Source: Callorhinchus milii (taxonomy: Eukaryota). From it: a DNA stretch of 64,000 bases. The stretch lies in NCBI RefSeq assembly GCF_018977255.1, contig NW_024704742.1, forward strand, positions 72,356,001 through 72,420,000, written 5' to 3'. The position numbers and the translations under genes are program-made. The notes below the pieces were generated by a model, which searched no databases, was not told where the DNA came from, and saw only the letters and a list, made by a program, of their open reading frames with translations. Shown in pieces: positions 1 to 14,600 of the stretch (positions are counted from its first letter, which is position 1; every line of letters starts with the position of its first letter).

Positions 1-3000
1 TAAAGCATCCTGGGTTTGGAGTACAGCTAAAAATATAAACTGCTGACTACCTACCTGAGAGTAAAGGAAGGTCATGCTATATTCTCACATGATTTCTGAA
101 TGGCTGACTTTTTTGGTGCTCAGTGCTGACCAAGGAAATGTCAATATGATGCAAGTGCTCCTAGATGTCACTGTGTCTTGCAAACTCTTGAGCTCAAAGA
201 TTAGGCAGCTAGTTAGATAAATTAAGTGCGATTGATAAGATTGATAAGATTTTGTTACATATTGTAAAGTATGACTGCAGATCTCAAAGAATCACGTACC
301 CATAAAAAGTAAGAAAAATCCTTTACTGACTGGATTATTTCTAATTGTCTGATTTAACAATAAATAGATTGAATGTTTCCTTCCACTCATACTTACTGGA
401 AGATTTCCACCCCATACTTTATCCCTTTTATTTTCAATATTTACCTGGATTGGTGAGTGTGGATCATTTTGGAATGCTGAAGATCACTTGAGTACAGCAA
501 AAGGGAAGAGAGACACGTAGGAAAGGGATTAGGAGAAGTGGAGCCTTATGTGGAGTATATAAATGGCCGCAACTGGGTGAAATGGCTTGCTGCATTCCCC
601 TCCCCTCCCTGCCCACCATCAGTGGCTGGGCTTACAAAGACTAACACACGAACACACAGTCATTCCACTTCACAGTAAATCCTGTGAAACATTTTGGGAT
701 GTCCTCCCAACATCAAAGGCGCTATATCAAATGCAAGGATTATTATTATTGTTATGTCTTGTCGACGAGAAACTGGTGAAGGAGAAGCCGCTGGTAGATA
801 CAAAGTGAGAACTTTGGTATAGGTAAGAGTGAAATCAGGAAAGGAAAGAACCTTGAAGATGGAACTGAGAGGAAACGTGATGGAGTAGGTTAGAATGGTC
901 GACAGTGTTGAAGGTGGCAGAGTGATGAAGAAGCAGTTTGTCTTTAGAAATGACACAACTGGGTGAAAGAAACATCTACCTGAATCTTTACATTGTGTTT
1001 TTTTGAAACTTTACGATAACATCAAAAATGCTTGCAGCCTTAATTGACCCATAAATTAATGGGTAATGGTGGCTGGATAAAGTTGAGGGAAGGAAAGCCA
1101 TGCCTAAACCAGCAGATCTGTGTGAGCGTGTAACAATGTTAAAGTCAAATGGGAGCTGAGAACCCCATGTTAAGCATAGGGTTTTTTCTACATGTGTCAG
1201 AAAATCAGCTGACCTGCTAAGAGGATCCAAACCAGACAGAGGGTTCCATGGGGGATTACTGCAAAGATGCCTACAACATCCAACAAGCATTGTTTGAGTT
1301 CCAGGACATCATAATAATGAGGCTGAGATGCTGAATAACTGAAAAAATCATGAAGTCAATCTAATATTTGCTTTTACTTGAAATTACTCTTGAGATTACT
1401 CTTACTTGATACGTTGCAAACATATTCTCTGCACAAATTTATAGCATATCTAAATCATTGAGCTGGTCTCTGGCATTAGCAAGACTCGGGAGCCTGCGGT
1501 CATTCCCTATGTTAGGATGGCAGAAGTGGTGATTGATTGTGGATATGTATTGTAAGTACATTTAAAGTATCATGGGCCACGTGGCTAGCAATTAATAAAG
1601 TACTTTAGGTTATTATGTTTGTCTATGTTCAGTCGTCCATGCTTCTTTGGACAAGGCAATAAGCACACATGTGCTTCGATCAAATATCAGCCAAGATTTT
1701 CAGAGAAGCTCGAGAGCTATTTTTGTTGTTCCCTGTTGCTCTGTAATGATTGGAGAGGTACACATGTGGAAAGCATCCTCTAAACTATTTTAGATCAACT
1801 CCTCTTACGACTCTGGAATCCTGGCACTAACTGCCACTTGCTGCAAATGAAAACAAGGTTAGCTGATTTAAAATAAAAATGTGGGCACTTGAGCAACTGA
1901 GATTCAATCTGTTTTATTCCTGTAATTACAATCCAATCTTTCCCCCCTAAAATGGGTAGTGCTAAATTCTCTCATATTTTATAGCCTCAAGGCGTATGTG
2001 GGGCACAATATATATTTATACTTGAAACATAATGCTTATGTCTCATGACCTATTTATCTTCAGAGTCCTGTGCAGTTGTTGCGCAGTCAGCGGGCTGAAG
2101 TGGGGATGGAAACTTGGTCAACATAAAAATAAAGCTGTCACAAACCGATGGGGATAGCACTTAAATTGGTGAAGGAGCATGATATCTCTCTACTCATGAA
2201 TAGCAGATCATATATATTGGGTAGATCAGAGGCCCTGAAATGTCAACACACTCATTAATAGCACCGATCAATCATCTCATTCTCATGAGAATAGGGCAGT
2301 GGATGAGCATCTGATATAACCTGAACCAGGTCAATAATAATGTCAAGGTATGTAATGTAGCATATCTATATATTGCATGTCAGTGAGATATATATGACTG
2401 AGATATTAGCTACATTGTTGTGAAGAGAAGACTTGCCTACAACACCAACACTTTAAGCTGCAGAAGGGGCATGGCACTTTGAGACAAGAAAAAAACTAAT
2501 AATTATAATAATCCTTGCATTTGATATAGTGCCTTATCATATCATTGAGACATCTTAAAGTGTTTTACATGATTTTTACTATAAATGTTATTTTACTGTA
2601 AATTGTGTATTTTGTAGAGAAATGCAGCAGCCAATTTGCGCCCAGCAATGTCTTCCACACACAGCGATGCCAATTTTACCTGGAGGATTCTTGTCCAGTG
2701 TGAGAAACTTCCTTCTCTTTTCAATAGTAACATAGGACCTTTAATATCCATCGAACAGATAGATGAGACCTCGGTTTAATGTTTCAGTTAAGACGAAAAC
2801 CCTTCAATATTCCATTGCTAGGCACAACAACTTGCAGCCAACTCTGCTCAGCCTAAAGGACTCCCCGCAAATAATTATTACTTGTTTCAAGCTCAGGATT
2901 GATCCTCACTAGATGGATAGAAGGTAGCAGGATCTCCTTGTGAACCTCTTGGTGAACAACACAATTGAGCATGAAATGTGTTAGAGCATTGCTACCTTTC

Positions 3001-3091
3001 TTCTGCTCACAGCTCAGATACACATCCCTACCCATTGAATGATAGTTCCATTAGTTGGAATTCTATGGAAAAAAACATTTTTATAATCTCT

Positions 3092-4215
3092 AGAATCATA
3101 GAATTATACAGCATAGAAGGAGGCCATTTGCCTCATCGTGTCTGTACCGGCTCTTTGAAAAGAGCTATCCAAATCAAGCCCACTCCCCCGCGCTCTCCCC
3201 ATAGCCCTGCAAACTTGTCCTCCCCAAATAATTATCTACTTCTCTCTTAAAAGTTCTTGTCGAATTGGCTTCCACCACCCTTTCAGGCAATACGTTCCAT
3301 ATCCGAACAACTCACTGCGTGAAAAGAATTTCTCCTCATCTCCCCTCTGTTTCTTTTAACAACTATTTTAAATCGGTGCCCTCAGGTTACCAACCCACCT
3401 GCCAGTGGAAATAGTTTCTCCTTGTTCACCCTATCGAATCCCCTCATAATTTTGAAAACTTCTATTAAGTTTCCTCTTAACCTTCTCTGCTCCGAAGAGA
3501 ATAATCCCAGCTTCTCTCGCCTCTCCTGATAACTGAAGTCCCTCATTCCTGGGACCATCCTGGTAAAACTCCTTTGCACCCTCTCCAATGCCTTGACATC
3601 CTTTCTAAAGTGTAATGTCCAGAACTGAAGACAGTCTCGAGCTGAGGCCGAACCAGTGTTTTATAAAGATTCATCATAACTTCCTGACTTTTGTATTCTC
3701 TGCCCCTATTTATAAAGCTTAGTGTCCTGTATGCTTTTTTAATAGCTTTATCTACCTGCCCTCATCAAAGATTTACAGATATGAACCACCAGGTCTCTCT
3801 ATTCCTTCACCCCCTTTAAGATTGTACCATCATCTTATATTGCCTCTCCTCATTCTTCCTCCCAAAATGCATCACGTTGCATTTCTCCACATTAAACGTC
3901 ATCTGCTACGTTCCCCATTTACCAGTCTGTCTATGTCCTCCTGCAGTCTGCTACTATCCTCCTCACTGTTTGCTACTTTTCCTAGCTTAGTATCATCTGC
4001 AAACTTGGAAATTGTACTCCCTATAGCCAAGTCCAGGTCATTTATATAGATCAAAAACAGCAGTGGTCCCATTACTAACACTTGAGGGACGCCACTGCAC
4101 ACTTCCCTCCAGTCAGAAAAACAACCGTTCACCACCACTCCCTGCTTTCTGTCTCCCAGCCAGTTCTGTATCCATGCTCCACTGTCCCTTTAATACTGTG
4201 GGCTTCTATTTTGCT
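3092..4215 (-). mobile_element. CR1 LINE 3' fragment (RT C-terminus + 3' UTR), decayed
   Basis: Peptides VVNGCFSDWREVCSGVPQ..GPLLFLIYINDLD..ISKFADDTKLG and ERVQRSFTRMVPG..LGLFS..RRLRGNLIEVFKIMRG are typical CR1 ORF2. Confidence 0.92.
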
Positions 4216-5619
4216 TACAAGTTTCTAGTCCTATATGTATCACATTAACATTGACCCATTTTTCCTGCCTCAGGCATAATTAGAGTCATGTTGTACCTTG
4301 TATTTTCATGTTAAACAAAATGTTTTTTTTTAAATCTTCATGTGAAGAAAGATATGCAACAAATATATCTAATCATACTAAGATTAAATCCCTGATATTT
4401 TGTAATTCAGTACCGATTTAAACTGTTGATAAGGCTTATTGAGATTCGTAGTTCTACAATAATAATAATAATCTCAATTTAACTGCAAGCAATGCATTTG
4501 CAAAGGTCATCTTCCAAGAATTCATTTCACAATGGTATCCATTCTTTTCATTTCTGTCAGCCAGCCAAACTTCCAATCCCAACACATGTTAAACTACATA
4601 ATAGTTAACAAGAGATTTTAGGATAATAATAGTTCTTGCATTTGATATAGCACCTTATCGTGTTGTTGAGAGGTCTCAAAGTGCTTCACAGAATATACTG
4701 TAAATTTTGTGGGTGAAATGCAGCAGTCAATTGCACACAATTGCTATCCTGATGAGGTAGTAAAATGTGCAGAGAATAATCTCATTTGTTCGTCTTTCAC
4801 TGGTGACAAATTATTGTATCTTTGGCTTATCCTCAGCTGGTGTAAGCCCCATATTACAATTATACAATTATTTTTTCTGTCTAAATTCATGTTCAAATTC
4901 ATGTGACTGAGACTTAAAGTAAGAATTGTGTTCATGCACCTTACACTTCCCAAAATGAACTGAATGAATAAGACAACATGACACCACCCTGCGATCCACA
5001 CAAAAGCAAATTAGCAACAAACAAATGCTGGGATAGAGGAAACAAAGCAGTGACTGCAATTCTGCTTTAGGTGTCTGTAGGTCTTTTATGTTGAAACAAT
5101 CAATCTATTATCTGGGGCTCTACATAGATGCTTTTAATGAGGTGCACAATCACATCTCTTGCAATGATTGTGTACTGAAATATTGCTTTGAAAAATGATT
5201 TATTTCATACTTAATATTTCTGCATTTCATTGTTTCAGAGATTACTGGCAGATTGATTTACAAATAATTTGCAAAGTGATAATAACACATTATTCTAGGT
5301 GAAGGGTGCTATATAAAATGCAAGGTGTTCTTACTGTAATGGAGCAGAATACCTAATCAGTGATGATTGTGTGTGAGTGATGTAGCAGAGAATACTTTGC
5401 TGGATAGATGAACCAACCCAACAGATGTTATGCTTCAACATTGCTGAGTCTAATATTTTTGCATCTGACAGTAAATGTGCTTTGTTAAATCAGTGTTGTA
5501 AGCACATAGAAGAAAACTTGGCAGAGCACATCAAAGTTTAGTATTTTCATAAGTAAATTTGATTGCCAGAAAAATCTTAGGAAATATGGCTCCATTCAAG
5601 CTCCTGTGTTGTAAATTTC

Positions 5620-6560
5620 TATGGTTCCATTGAGGAAGATTATAAGCAATTTCAGGAGGATATAGGCAGACCCGTCGAGTCCTGTAGCTCAGTGGTTAGA
5701 TCACTCGCCTTGCAAGTGAAACACCTGGGTTCAATTCCAGGCAGGGCAAAACCTTGGGCAAGTTTCCTTACTCCACATTCCTAATAATAATCCCTCCAAA
5801 ACAAAACAATAATAAATTGGTCATTTTCAATCCACGACCGTTTGTGGGACACTGCTGTGCGCAATTGGCTGCCGCATTTCGCCCACAAAATATAGGGTCC
5901 ATTCACTTTACAGCATATTCTGTGAAGCGCTTTGAGACATCTAGAAGACGTGAAAAGCGCTATATCAAATGCAAGGATTATTACTATTATAGACCTAGTA
6001 GAATGGGCATATAGATGGCAGATGAAATTTAATGCAGAAAAATGTGATGGTGTACATTTTTGGTGGATAAATAAGGAAAACAAGTCTATGGTGAATGGTA
6101 ATATTTTTAAAAGGAGTAGGCAAGCAGATCTAAGATACAACGATTTTTCAAGTTGATAACACAAATGCACAAAAATGTGAAGAGAGTTAATAGATTAATA
6201 TCTAGAAAACCAAGTGACATAAAAGAGATAATGCTTAACCTGGAAAATTGTTTGTTTGACTGGAGTTTTGTATTAGAGTATTGCGTCCTACTTTAAGAAA
6301 GATGTTAGGGTCATAGAGAGGGGAAAGAGGAGGTTAACTAGGATGACATCATAGATGAGTGATTTGGCCTGGGTTGACTTTTATTGGAACAGAGTAAATT
6401 GAGGGATGAATGATCAAGGTCTTCAAAATTATGAGGGGTTTGATGGAGTTGGTAGATAGAATTTTTTCCCATTCATTAGTAAATTAATTAGAGGGCATTA
6501 ATTTCAAATATAACCAAAGGGGGAGATTAGGAGAATTTTTTTTCACAGAGTTTCCATGCT
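5620..6560 (+). mobile_element. Decayed CR1 fragment interrupted by a SINE
   Basis: The [23 protein letters not shown] motif is split by the SINE at 5673-5990. Confidence 0.8.
5673..5990 (+). mobile_element. tRNA-Ala-derived SINE, short subfamily, with AGACC target-site duplication
   Basis: A box TAGCTCAGTGG, B box GGTTCAATTCC, (TTA)n tail; AGACC at 5668-5672 and 5991-5995. Confidence 0.92.
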
Positions 6561-8350
6561 GCACATTCTTTGTAAATCTTTGTAAATTTGATATAGCGCC
6601 TTTTACATTGGGAGGATATCCAGAAACTTTACGGGTTAATAACTAAATACAATAATTCTCTTTCATTGGTAAAACTGTTGGATTAAGGAACTAAATTAAC
6701 AGAAAATAATTCAAGTATTTTATAGAAAGCTGCTGGATTCAAAAGATTTTTTTCAGTTAATCACCTCTCCAGCAGACTGTGCACAGAGTTACTAAACTGA
6801 GCAACAAATCATTCACGTAGACCGCAAACCTCTATTCTCCTTGTATGAGTTGAATAAAATGGCAAGGCAAATTGTAATATGTACGCATACTATGCATAAC
6901 AACTGTCGCACTGAAACGTGATATTAGGAGCTCCTTTTTTTTATTTGTGGTGTTTTTTAAATAATTCTCCTGCCATGCTCTTATTCTATAAATGTAAAAC
7001 CTTTTGATTATGTCATTTGCCAGTCTCGCAGCCCTTTTGTCGTGTGTTTTGTTGCTGTTAACAGCAACTTTTAAAAGCCCTCTTTTTACTTTTCTGGACA
7101 GTCATTATTTTGCAGTATTTGGTGGAAACAAACAGTTCATCTGATATCATCAGGCTTGTAAAAGCAGTCACTGCATGGGTCATTCACCTCTGTCTGTTGC
7201 ACAAAGCTGATAACTGGCTGCACTTCTTGATACACGATTGGTATTCCAGCTGTATTGTGGTACATAGTTTGATCGTTTGCAGAAGTGGATGAAATTTCAC
7301 ATCTAATGTCTTTACTGGCTGAATAAATCAACAAATAGTTTCACTGTTCTCCGCCTGGCTATTTGCATACGAATATGTTTGTACCAATAATAGAAGGCTG
7401 TATGGAGACAACGGCATTAGTCTTTCAAAATTGCTGGGAGATGATAATGAACAGTGCATTGACTTGGTGCCTGAGAACTGTCACTTTATCTCACTGTAAT
7501 GACTCAGAGTCCTTTCAACAAGCTTTAGTCAAATGCCACAAAAACACAAGAGAATATTCAGTACTTGTAGCTCAGTCTATCACATGCTTAAGCTGCATGA
7601 ACATTTTGTACTTGTTTTAAGAGAAAAGCACAGCATTGTGGCCTTGCTTATTCTCCATAGTGTTTTGGTACACATTGAACTGCCATTTTGGATGGGGGGT
7701 TCTGATGAATTGATTTGTATTTAAAGGAGATATCCATGCCAAAAAAAATTGTGCAGAATTAGTTTCTGCTTCTCTAAAATTTGTAACTATTAAGTGAACA
7801 GAAATCCAAAATAACTTTCCATTTCCACATATTTTGTTTATCCTTAATCTTTTTAGTTGTAATTTCCAGGAATATGTCTACATTTAATGTCACGTCGTTT
7901 GGATGAGTTGTTAAACCAAGATCCCATTTGCCTGTTTAGGTGGATGTTCGTTTCATGTCCGTTTGAGGGATAATGCTGTTTGCCATTGTGCTGCCATGTG
8001 TACCTGCAAATACACAGTCACTATTTCACAGTAAAATGCTTTGAGATGTCCTTCTGATGTGATAAGGTGCTATGCAAGGATTATTATTATTATTATTTTT
8101 GACTGCAGTGAAATCCTCTGTAGTGCTTTGAGATGTCCTCCCAACATAACGATGTCAAATGTAACGATTATTTGCATTACTTTCTAAACGCTTTGGGACG
8201 TCCTCCCGATGTGAAAAGCGCTATATCAAATGCAAGGATTATTATTACTTTACTCTTTTCTCTTTCAGGATTCTCTGCCCTTGTGGTACAGTGGCCAAAC
8301 TGCAGCTATTGCAGCTTGGAATACCGACAACAGGAGGACTATGCTGACAG

Positions 8351-8438
8351 ACATAACATAACATAACATAACATAACATAACATAACATAACATAACATA
8401 ACATAACATAACATAACATAATATAACATAACATAACA
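8351..8438. repeat. (ACATA)n microsatellite, the expanded tail of the adjacent minus-strand CR1
   Basis: About 17 pentamer copies immediately at the CR1 3' end. Confidence 0.9.
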
Positions 8439-9065
8439 TGTAGGAGCAAGAGTAGGCCATTCGGCCCTTCGAGCCTGCCCCGTCATTCAATCATGGCTGA
8501 TCTTCTAATCTAACTCCAGCTAATAACCTGACCCTGCCTTATCCCCATATCCCTTAATCCCTTTTGCAATAAGAAATCTATGTATCTCAGTCTTGAATAT
8601 GTTCAAGGACTGAGCGTCAACAGCCCTTTGGGGTAGTGAGTTCCATACATTCACCACCCTTTGAGTGAAGAAGTTCTTCCTCAACTCAGTGCGAAAGGGC
8701 TGACCTCTGATTTTAAGGTTGTGACCCCTGGTTTTAGTTTCTCCAACCAGTGGAAACAATCTCCCACTATCTACTCTATCATACCCTTTGATGATCTTAT
8801 AGGTTTCTATAAGATCCCCTCTAATTCTTCTATATTATTGAGAATATAGGCCCAAATTGGTCAGCCTATCCTCGTACCTCAACCCCTTCATCCTTGGTAC
8901 TAACCTAGTAAATCTGCATCCCCTCCAAGGCAAGTACATCCTTCCTTAAATAAGGAGACCAAAACTGCACACAGTATTCCAGGTGTGGTCTCACCAGGGC
9001 CCTATACAGTTGCAGCAAGACTTCCCTACTCTTATACTCTAATCCTTTCATAATGAATGCTAATT
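8439..9065 (-). mobile_element. CR1 LINE 3' end
   Basis: ORF FPLVGETKTRGHNLKIRGQPFRTELRKNFFTQRVVNVWNSLPQRAVDAQSLNIFK is a typical CR1 ORF2 C-terminus. Confidence 0.92.
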
Positions 9066-9269
9066 CATGCTAATTCAGACATGTAATTCCTGTAAGATTC
9101 TCTCTCCATCAATTTATCAGATATTAGAAGATCTTGTAATCTCAATGCCCCACCCTTTTTCATATCTCTTAATATTTCTACTATCCAAGTAGCTGTCTAT
9201 CTCTCTTTCAAACATCCATATTGATTCAACCTGTATAGCTATCTGGGGCAGAGCATTTCACATCTTCAC

Positions 9270-9610
9270 ATCTCTCTTCAAGGACAGCAAGGTCCAAATG
9301 CAGGTCAGGCTTGTGGCATATAAGATCTCTATGCAAACAGTTCTCCTTTATCGTTCTGATTTCCTGGGGATCCAGCGGAGAGACTTCTGCCAGCCCATTT
9401 GTGAAGTTCATGATCAAACAGTGAGGTGGATTTGTGGCAAACATGGGAAGTGGCTACAGGGAGGGAGCGCTGTGGCCTACATTGATCTGTCGCTGAGCAT
9501 TCTGGAGGTGGAGGCGACTTCGTGCAGTCATATCTATGACAAGGCCCCTCACATGAGGACCTGGATTAAGCAGATGGTACTGAGTGAGCCTGGTATCTGG
9601 CATTTGACTT
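9270..9610 (+). mobile_element. Possible very old RTE-clade LINE fragment (post-RT region)
   Basis: KVQMQVRLVAYKISMQTVLLYRSD..VHDQTVRWICG..WIKQMVLSE resembles the RTE pattern TKLxxYxAxVLxxLLYGSE..FHQRCLRRI..KQVL. Confidence 0.4.
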
Positions 9611-9692
9611 GTATTTCGAGAACATCAAGGTTGCTGGTACATCACATGCTGTCCTGTACAGGTCCCACACAGTGAAGGCAAATGTCCATCAG

Positions 9693-10039
9693 ATAATAAT
9701 AATAATCCTTGCGTTTGATATAGCATCTTCAAGATGTTTCAAAGCCCATCACGGAATATACTGTAAAGTGAATTGACTGTATATTTTGTAGGCATATCGC
9801 GGCAGCCAATTGCATACAGCAGTGTCCCACAAAGAGTCATGGATTGAGTTTTTTTTAAGGCATTATTACCCCCGGAAAAGCGATTCGCCAATTGCCAAAC
9901 AACTGGGTTCCTACTTACTGCTGGGTAAACAGAGATGTGTGGAGTAAGGAAACTTGCCCAATGTTTCACTCTGCCCGGGAATCGAACCTGGGTCCTCGGT
10001 TGCGGGATGAGTGCTCTAACCATGAAGCTATAGGACTCC
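9693..10039 (-). mobile_element. tRNA-Ala-derived SINE, long subfamily
   Basis: Same head and tail as the short form plus the internal block GTTTACCCAGCAGTAAGTAGGAACCCAGTTG. Confidence 0.88.
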
Positions 10040-11199
10040 AGATCTTATATGTGCATAACTAATGGCAATAATACTACTTACTACACTGCATGACAAGTAT
10101 AAGTTTTACAAACAAATTCAAGGGATGAGAGATAAGAGATAATAAGGACCATCAACAGTAATCCACCATTGAAAAAGGTTTCTAAATCTGATGGATCTAA
10201 GTGAAAGTTACACATCTAACTATTAAATGAACTTCATGGGTAAATAAGGACATAAATAATGACACCATACCATTCTCTGTTTATTATTAGGTTTGCACTT
10301 AGATGGATCAAATGGAACAAGAATATAATGAGTGTGATGTAACCTAGAAAGCAATGGACCATTTTAGCTGTTCAAGGAATATGAACAGCTTTTGACAATT
10401 TTTGTCAATTTGGTCAATTTGAAAACAAACCCAAAAGATTTTTATGCACTTATTTTTGCACTTATGGAATGCTCTTATTAACACTTTAACTTCAGATTTA
10501 TACCAACTCCTGTGTATTGGATAAATTATCCTACCACATCTGCATACAGTATCGTGTTTTGTTGCACTGTAATATTTACTGTTGACTAGTATTATATCAG
10601 TACCAAATACAACTGACTTCACACATTACAGAAATACGTTAATATATATTCCTGCTGCTTTGGGATAAGCACAAAATTAAATTTTGGGGTGGCCCAGATT
10701 GTGCCAGTTCAGATTCATTTTGGTGATCATTCAAAACTGACTCAACTACAGTCAATTCCTGATAACAACAACAACTTGCAGTTATATAGCACCCTTCACT
10801 TGGGATAGCGTCCTGGAGTGTTACTGATAACATATTACTTCAGGGAAATGTGGCTCAGTGACGAGTTACCTGGAATGGCGAGTTAGGCGTATATATAAAT
10901 ACATAAATAAATGCAGCCGGGATGCTAACAGAGTGATGTGGTTGTGACAATTTAAGCCAGTATTGAGTTATCAGTTTACTGTAATACATTTAGGGATTTT
11001 ATTTGTTTTCGAATGGCTGTTTGTGAAACATTGCTGTGCACAAATTGGCTGCTGCATTTGACTACAAAATACATAGTTACTACACATGTATATCCTGTGA
11101 AGCACTTTGAAAAGTTCTCCCAAAGCCAAAAGTACTATATGAAATAGAAGCATTATTCTTATAATTATTTTAAATTTTACAGAATGGTATAACAACGGT

Positions 11200-11530
11200 A
11201 GGTTTGGGGACAAAATACCTTCTAGTAAGGGTCTTGAGACAAAGCTTGAAGGAGGCAAGGGAAGAGGAGCAAGGCAAAGGGACTCGAGGATGGATTTCTA
11301 GAGAGTTGGTGCAGATATGCAGAAAGCCCGACCGCGATGGTGGGGCAGGGAATGTAAAGCAGGCCAATGCTTACAGAATGGAGGGAGCAAACGGGTTTGT
11401 CAGGTTTGAGGGAATTGCAGAGGTAGGGTGGGGCAAGATCATGGAAGGATTTAAAGATTAGGATGAGGATCTTGAACTTGATCTACAGGGAGATGGGAAG
11501 CCAAACTAGCATGGGGCTGGCTAATAGGAC
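11200..11530 (-). mobile_element. Decayed L2 LINE 3' fragment
   Basis: Reverse complement resembles the L2 3' segments seen at 51500-51900 (FKIL..FK, LKT). Confidence 0.65.
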
Positions 11531-12939
11531 TGTGAATCGCAGTGTGGGAAAGGAATTGCACCATAGGTGAGTGCTATAGGGGGAATCACAAACAGACATG
11601 AAGTGAGTGACTAATTTTTTTCTGGGGGATTGGTGACCAGGACACTTGAAGACAATACAGACAATTTCACAGCACCTAATATATAGGGTACTTACGGTAC
11701 TGGTGTTTAATATGCCAGCTTTCCAAATTGTTTATTTAAACAATGAGAATACTGCACCATTAGGACAACTCTGGTGCCATAAATAGAAATGAAAGTGGGT
11801 ATTTGTGCATTCCAAGAGTGATGAGGCTTGAGATTTTTTAAACAAAATAATATAGGGCATCAAAAGGATGCATTGTAAAGATGTCAATTTATCAACAGTT
11901 TATGACTGGTGGGTTTACAGTCGTTCCACTCCGAGGTCACCAATGTGCTGGTGATTAGTGGAATTGTTTACTTCTTTTTCCTCACAGCTTCTGAAAGAAG
12001 AGCTTGAGTGAAGATTAAGTCAATGTTTGCAGTAAGGCTGGTTCACTGCTTGAGCCTTGGCTGTCAACTCCGTAAACCAAAATGTGCTCAGTCCTGGGGA
12101 CTGTCAATCTGGTGCATCTGTTTTATGTTACTTCAGCTGATAAAGTTTTGATTATCAGTGATGTGCGTCAGAAGGTCAAGAAGCATAAACCTGTTCCAAA
12201 CAGAATGAATCTGAATTAAAGATGCAACGTTCTCTAGCTATCTATTAATTTTGGTCTGCTTTTTTCCCAATTAATTCAAAATTCAAACAACCTGTGCACT
12301 TGCTCTGAAGTGAGGATTTTAACTAATAATGGTGGTAATATTGAAAAGTGTAAATATCAGTAATAATATATCTTGATGTTTGTTTGCAAATTAGCTTTGC
12401 ATATGTGAATAGTTATAAAAAGTTAAACATATGATAAATGCAGGAAATAAGTGTATGATCTTGGATAAAATTCCCATGTACAGCCTCCCTGCTAGTCACC
12501 ATTTAACCAAATGCTTGTCTGCTGCCTATTTAACTGTGTTCTGCACTTAATGCTCTTTTAAGTTTTTTTTGAATTCTAGGTTTCAAAACTGTTTATTAAA
12601 GCCAGAAAAAGGGGCTTTGGGCCAGATGTTTCTATTTCTGGTACTGTAATAATAATATTTACTTTTGGTATACAGCCTTTCATGTCAGTAGGATGTCTCA
12701 AAGCACTTCATAGAGTATCCAGTTAACTGTAGTGACTGTATGTATTGTGGACAAATGCCCAATCGTATGGTACTAGTGGAAAACCGAGTTTAACAAGAAA
12801 TTATTGTTCAGTGGATGTGGCAATTATTTTCCTTGTTCACCAGTAAGAAATACGTGAACTAAATCTCCTATGCTATTTTTTTAATATCAAACTATGCATT
12901 TCTTTTTCCTCATTGGTTTCTGTATTAATAATTCAATTC

Positions 12940-13450
12940 ACAGTCTAGCCTGCACTTCAATACAGTGCTGGGGGAGCTCTGAATTGTTGGAGGTGCTGTC
13001 TTTTAGATGCAGTATTAATAATAATAATAATAATAATAATCCTTACATTTGATATAGAGCTTTTCACGTCTTCTAGATGTCTCAAAGCGCTTCACAGAAT
13101 AGACTGTAAAATGAATTGACTGTATATTTGTGGGTGAAACGCGGCAGCCAATTACGCACAGCAGTGTCCCACAAACAGTCGTGGTTTGAAGTGACCAATT
13201 TATTATTGTTTTATTTTCTTGAGGGATTATTATTAGGCATGTGGAGAAAGGAAACTTGCCCAAGGTTTCACCCTACTGGGAATCGAACCAGGTGTCTCGC
13301 TTGCAAAGCGAGTACTCTAACCACTGAGCTACAGGACTCCATGCATTAAACCAAGGTCCTGTTTACCTGTCAGGCGGATGTTAAAGATCCCATGATATTA
13401 TTAAAAAAAGAAGGGAGTTTATCCTGATCTCCTGACCATTAATGTTCCAC
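12940..13450 (+). mobile_element. Deu-domain SINE split by a younger SINE
   Basis: Deu core ggtgctgtcttttagatg / ttaaaccaaggtcctgtt..ggatgttaaagatcccatg flanks the insert. Confidence 0.75.
13015..13340 (-). mobile_element. tRNA-Ala-derived SINE, short subfamily, full length
   Basis: Complete head (ggagtcctgtagctcagtgg on minus) and (TTA)n tail. Confidence 0.92.
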
Positions 13451-14044
13451 GAACAGCCATGAAATGGATGAACAGTTTAATATGCTTACAAGATAAAAAT
13501 TCTTGTTTACAAATTGTGTTAAGAACATGAATGTATTCTAAATGGGCAGGTCCTGTTTAATCAGATGATTGTAGAATGAAAGACTGCTATCGTTTTTATT
13601 TACAAGACATCTAATTTGGCAGGGCTGTATTTGGAAAATCCAGTCTTCAGATGCTTGCTTTTATTTGTAGACATCAAACGTATGAAACTCCTCAGAAAAA
13701 CCTGCTTTACTTTAATCCTAACACCTCCTCAAGTTCTCTGTAAAATAGCACAGAACCTTAAATGAAGATCTATACACCATAAGTTGTCACAGTGGGAAGG
13801 AAAATATTCTTAACGAAAATTAACATTAACATTTGAAAACACTTGACATACAAAAATACCCAGCATTAAACACAGGGAATAAGTACTGAACTGAACACTG
13901 AACTGAAAAGGCAGCAAATCGTTTCCATCTGTAATATTTACTCGGCAGTTTAGCTAAGGGGTAACTTGATTCCTGGTATTCTGCTGGTATTCTAGTGTTA
14001 AGTATATATTTTACTTGCTGATGTAGGAGTTTAGTCTATTATAT

Positions 14045-14600
14045 TTTTTGTGGGGGTTAGCCAGTTGTTTCGAGACATGTGGAAACTCATCACCATGCTT
14101 AAGAGTATCCACACCAAACTGAGATTTCCATGCATCCCATGTACACATAGAAATCCCAGAGATAGGTTGTTGGAATGTGCACTCTTTCCCTGGAGGGATG
14201 CATCCTGCTTACCTAATTCCATAAAGTATTAGGCGCAGGTTGGCAGGATCCAAGGCTTGAGGACCCTAGAGTGTGTGTTGGAGTAACTGCTGGAGTCTAA
14301 CCAGCTAAAATGATATAGCTTGCCATTGAGAGCACTGTCTGGCAAGCTTCCCCGCTGCTTGTCCAGCTCGGACCACTCTGTTCATTAGGGCTTTGGTTTG
14401 CAGGGTTAACAGGAGCTGAGTGGGAGGATTCCCTGCCCCCAGTGACTGGTCTGCCCTTTAAGACCTACTGCTGAGCCAGGCTGGGCTGTGCTGCCATCAG
14501 CAGTGCGCTGGAATACTGTGGACCTGCATGTCTTGGGGAACGGACTAGCAAGACTGTTGAGCGTCTTGTTCCCTAGTTAAGGGAAGGTGAATGGACCTTG
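14045..14600 (-). mobile_element. Unclassified A-tailed interspersed repeat, copy 1
   Basis: Alignable by eye to 28878-29395, 25495-25805, 54700-55095 and (inverted) 52720-53655. Strand is inferred from the A-rich end. Confidence 0.8.

Noticed and set aside
7110..7724. Cluster of 60-85 aa ORFs in unique DNA
   Set aside because: No recognisable homology or consistent splice structure; lengths are expected by chance.
11930..12120. Short similarity to the LF-SINE 3' end (cagtcctggggactgtcaatctgg)
   Set aside because: Only ~25 nt of recalled similarity; too little to call.
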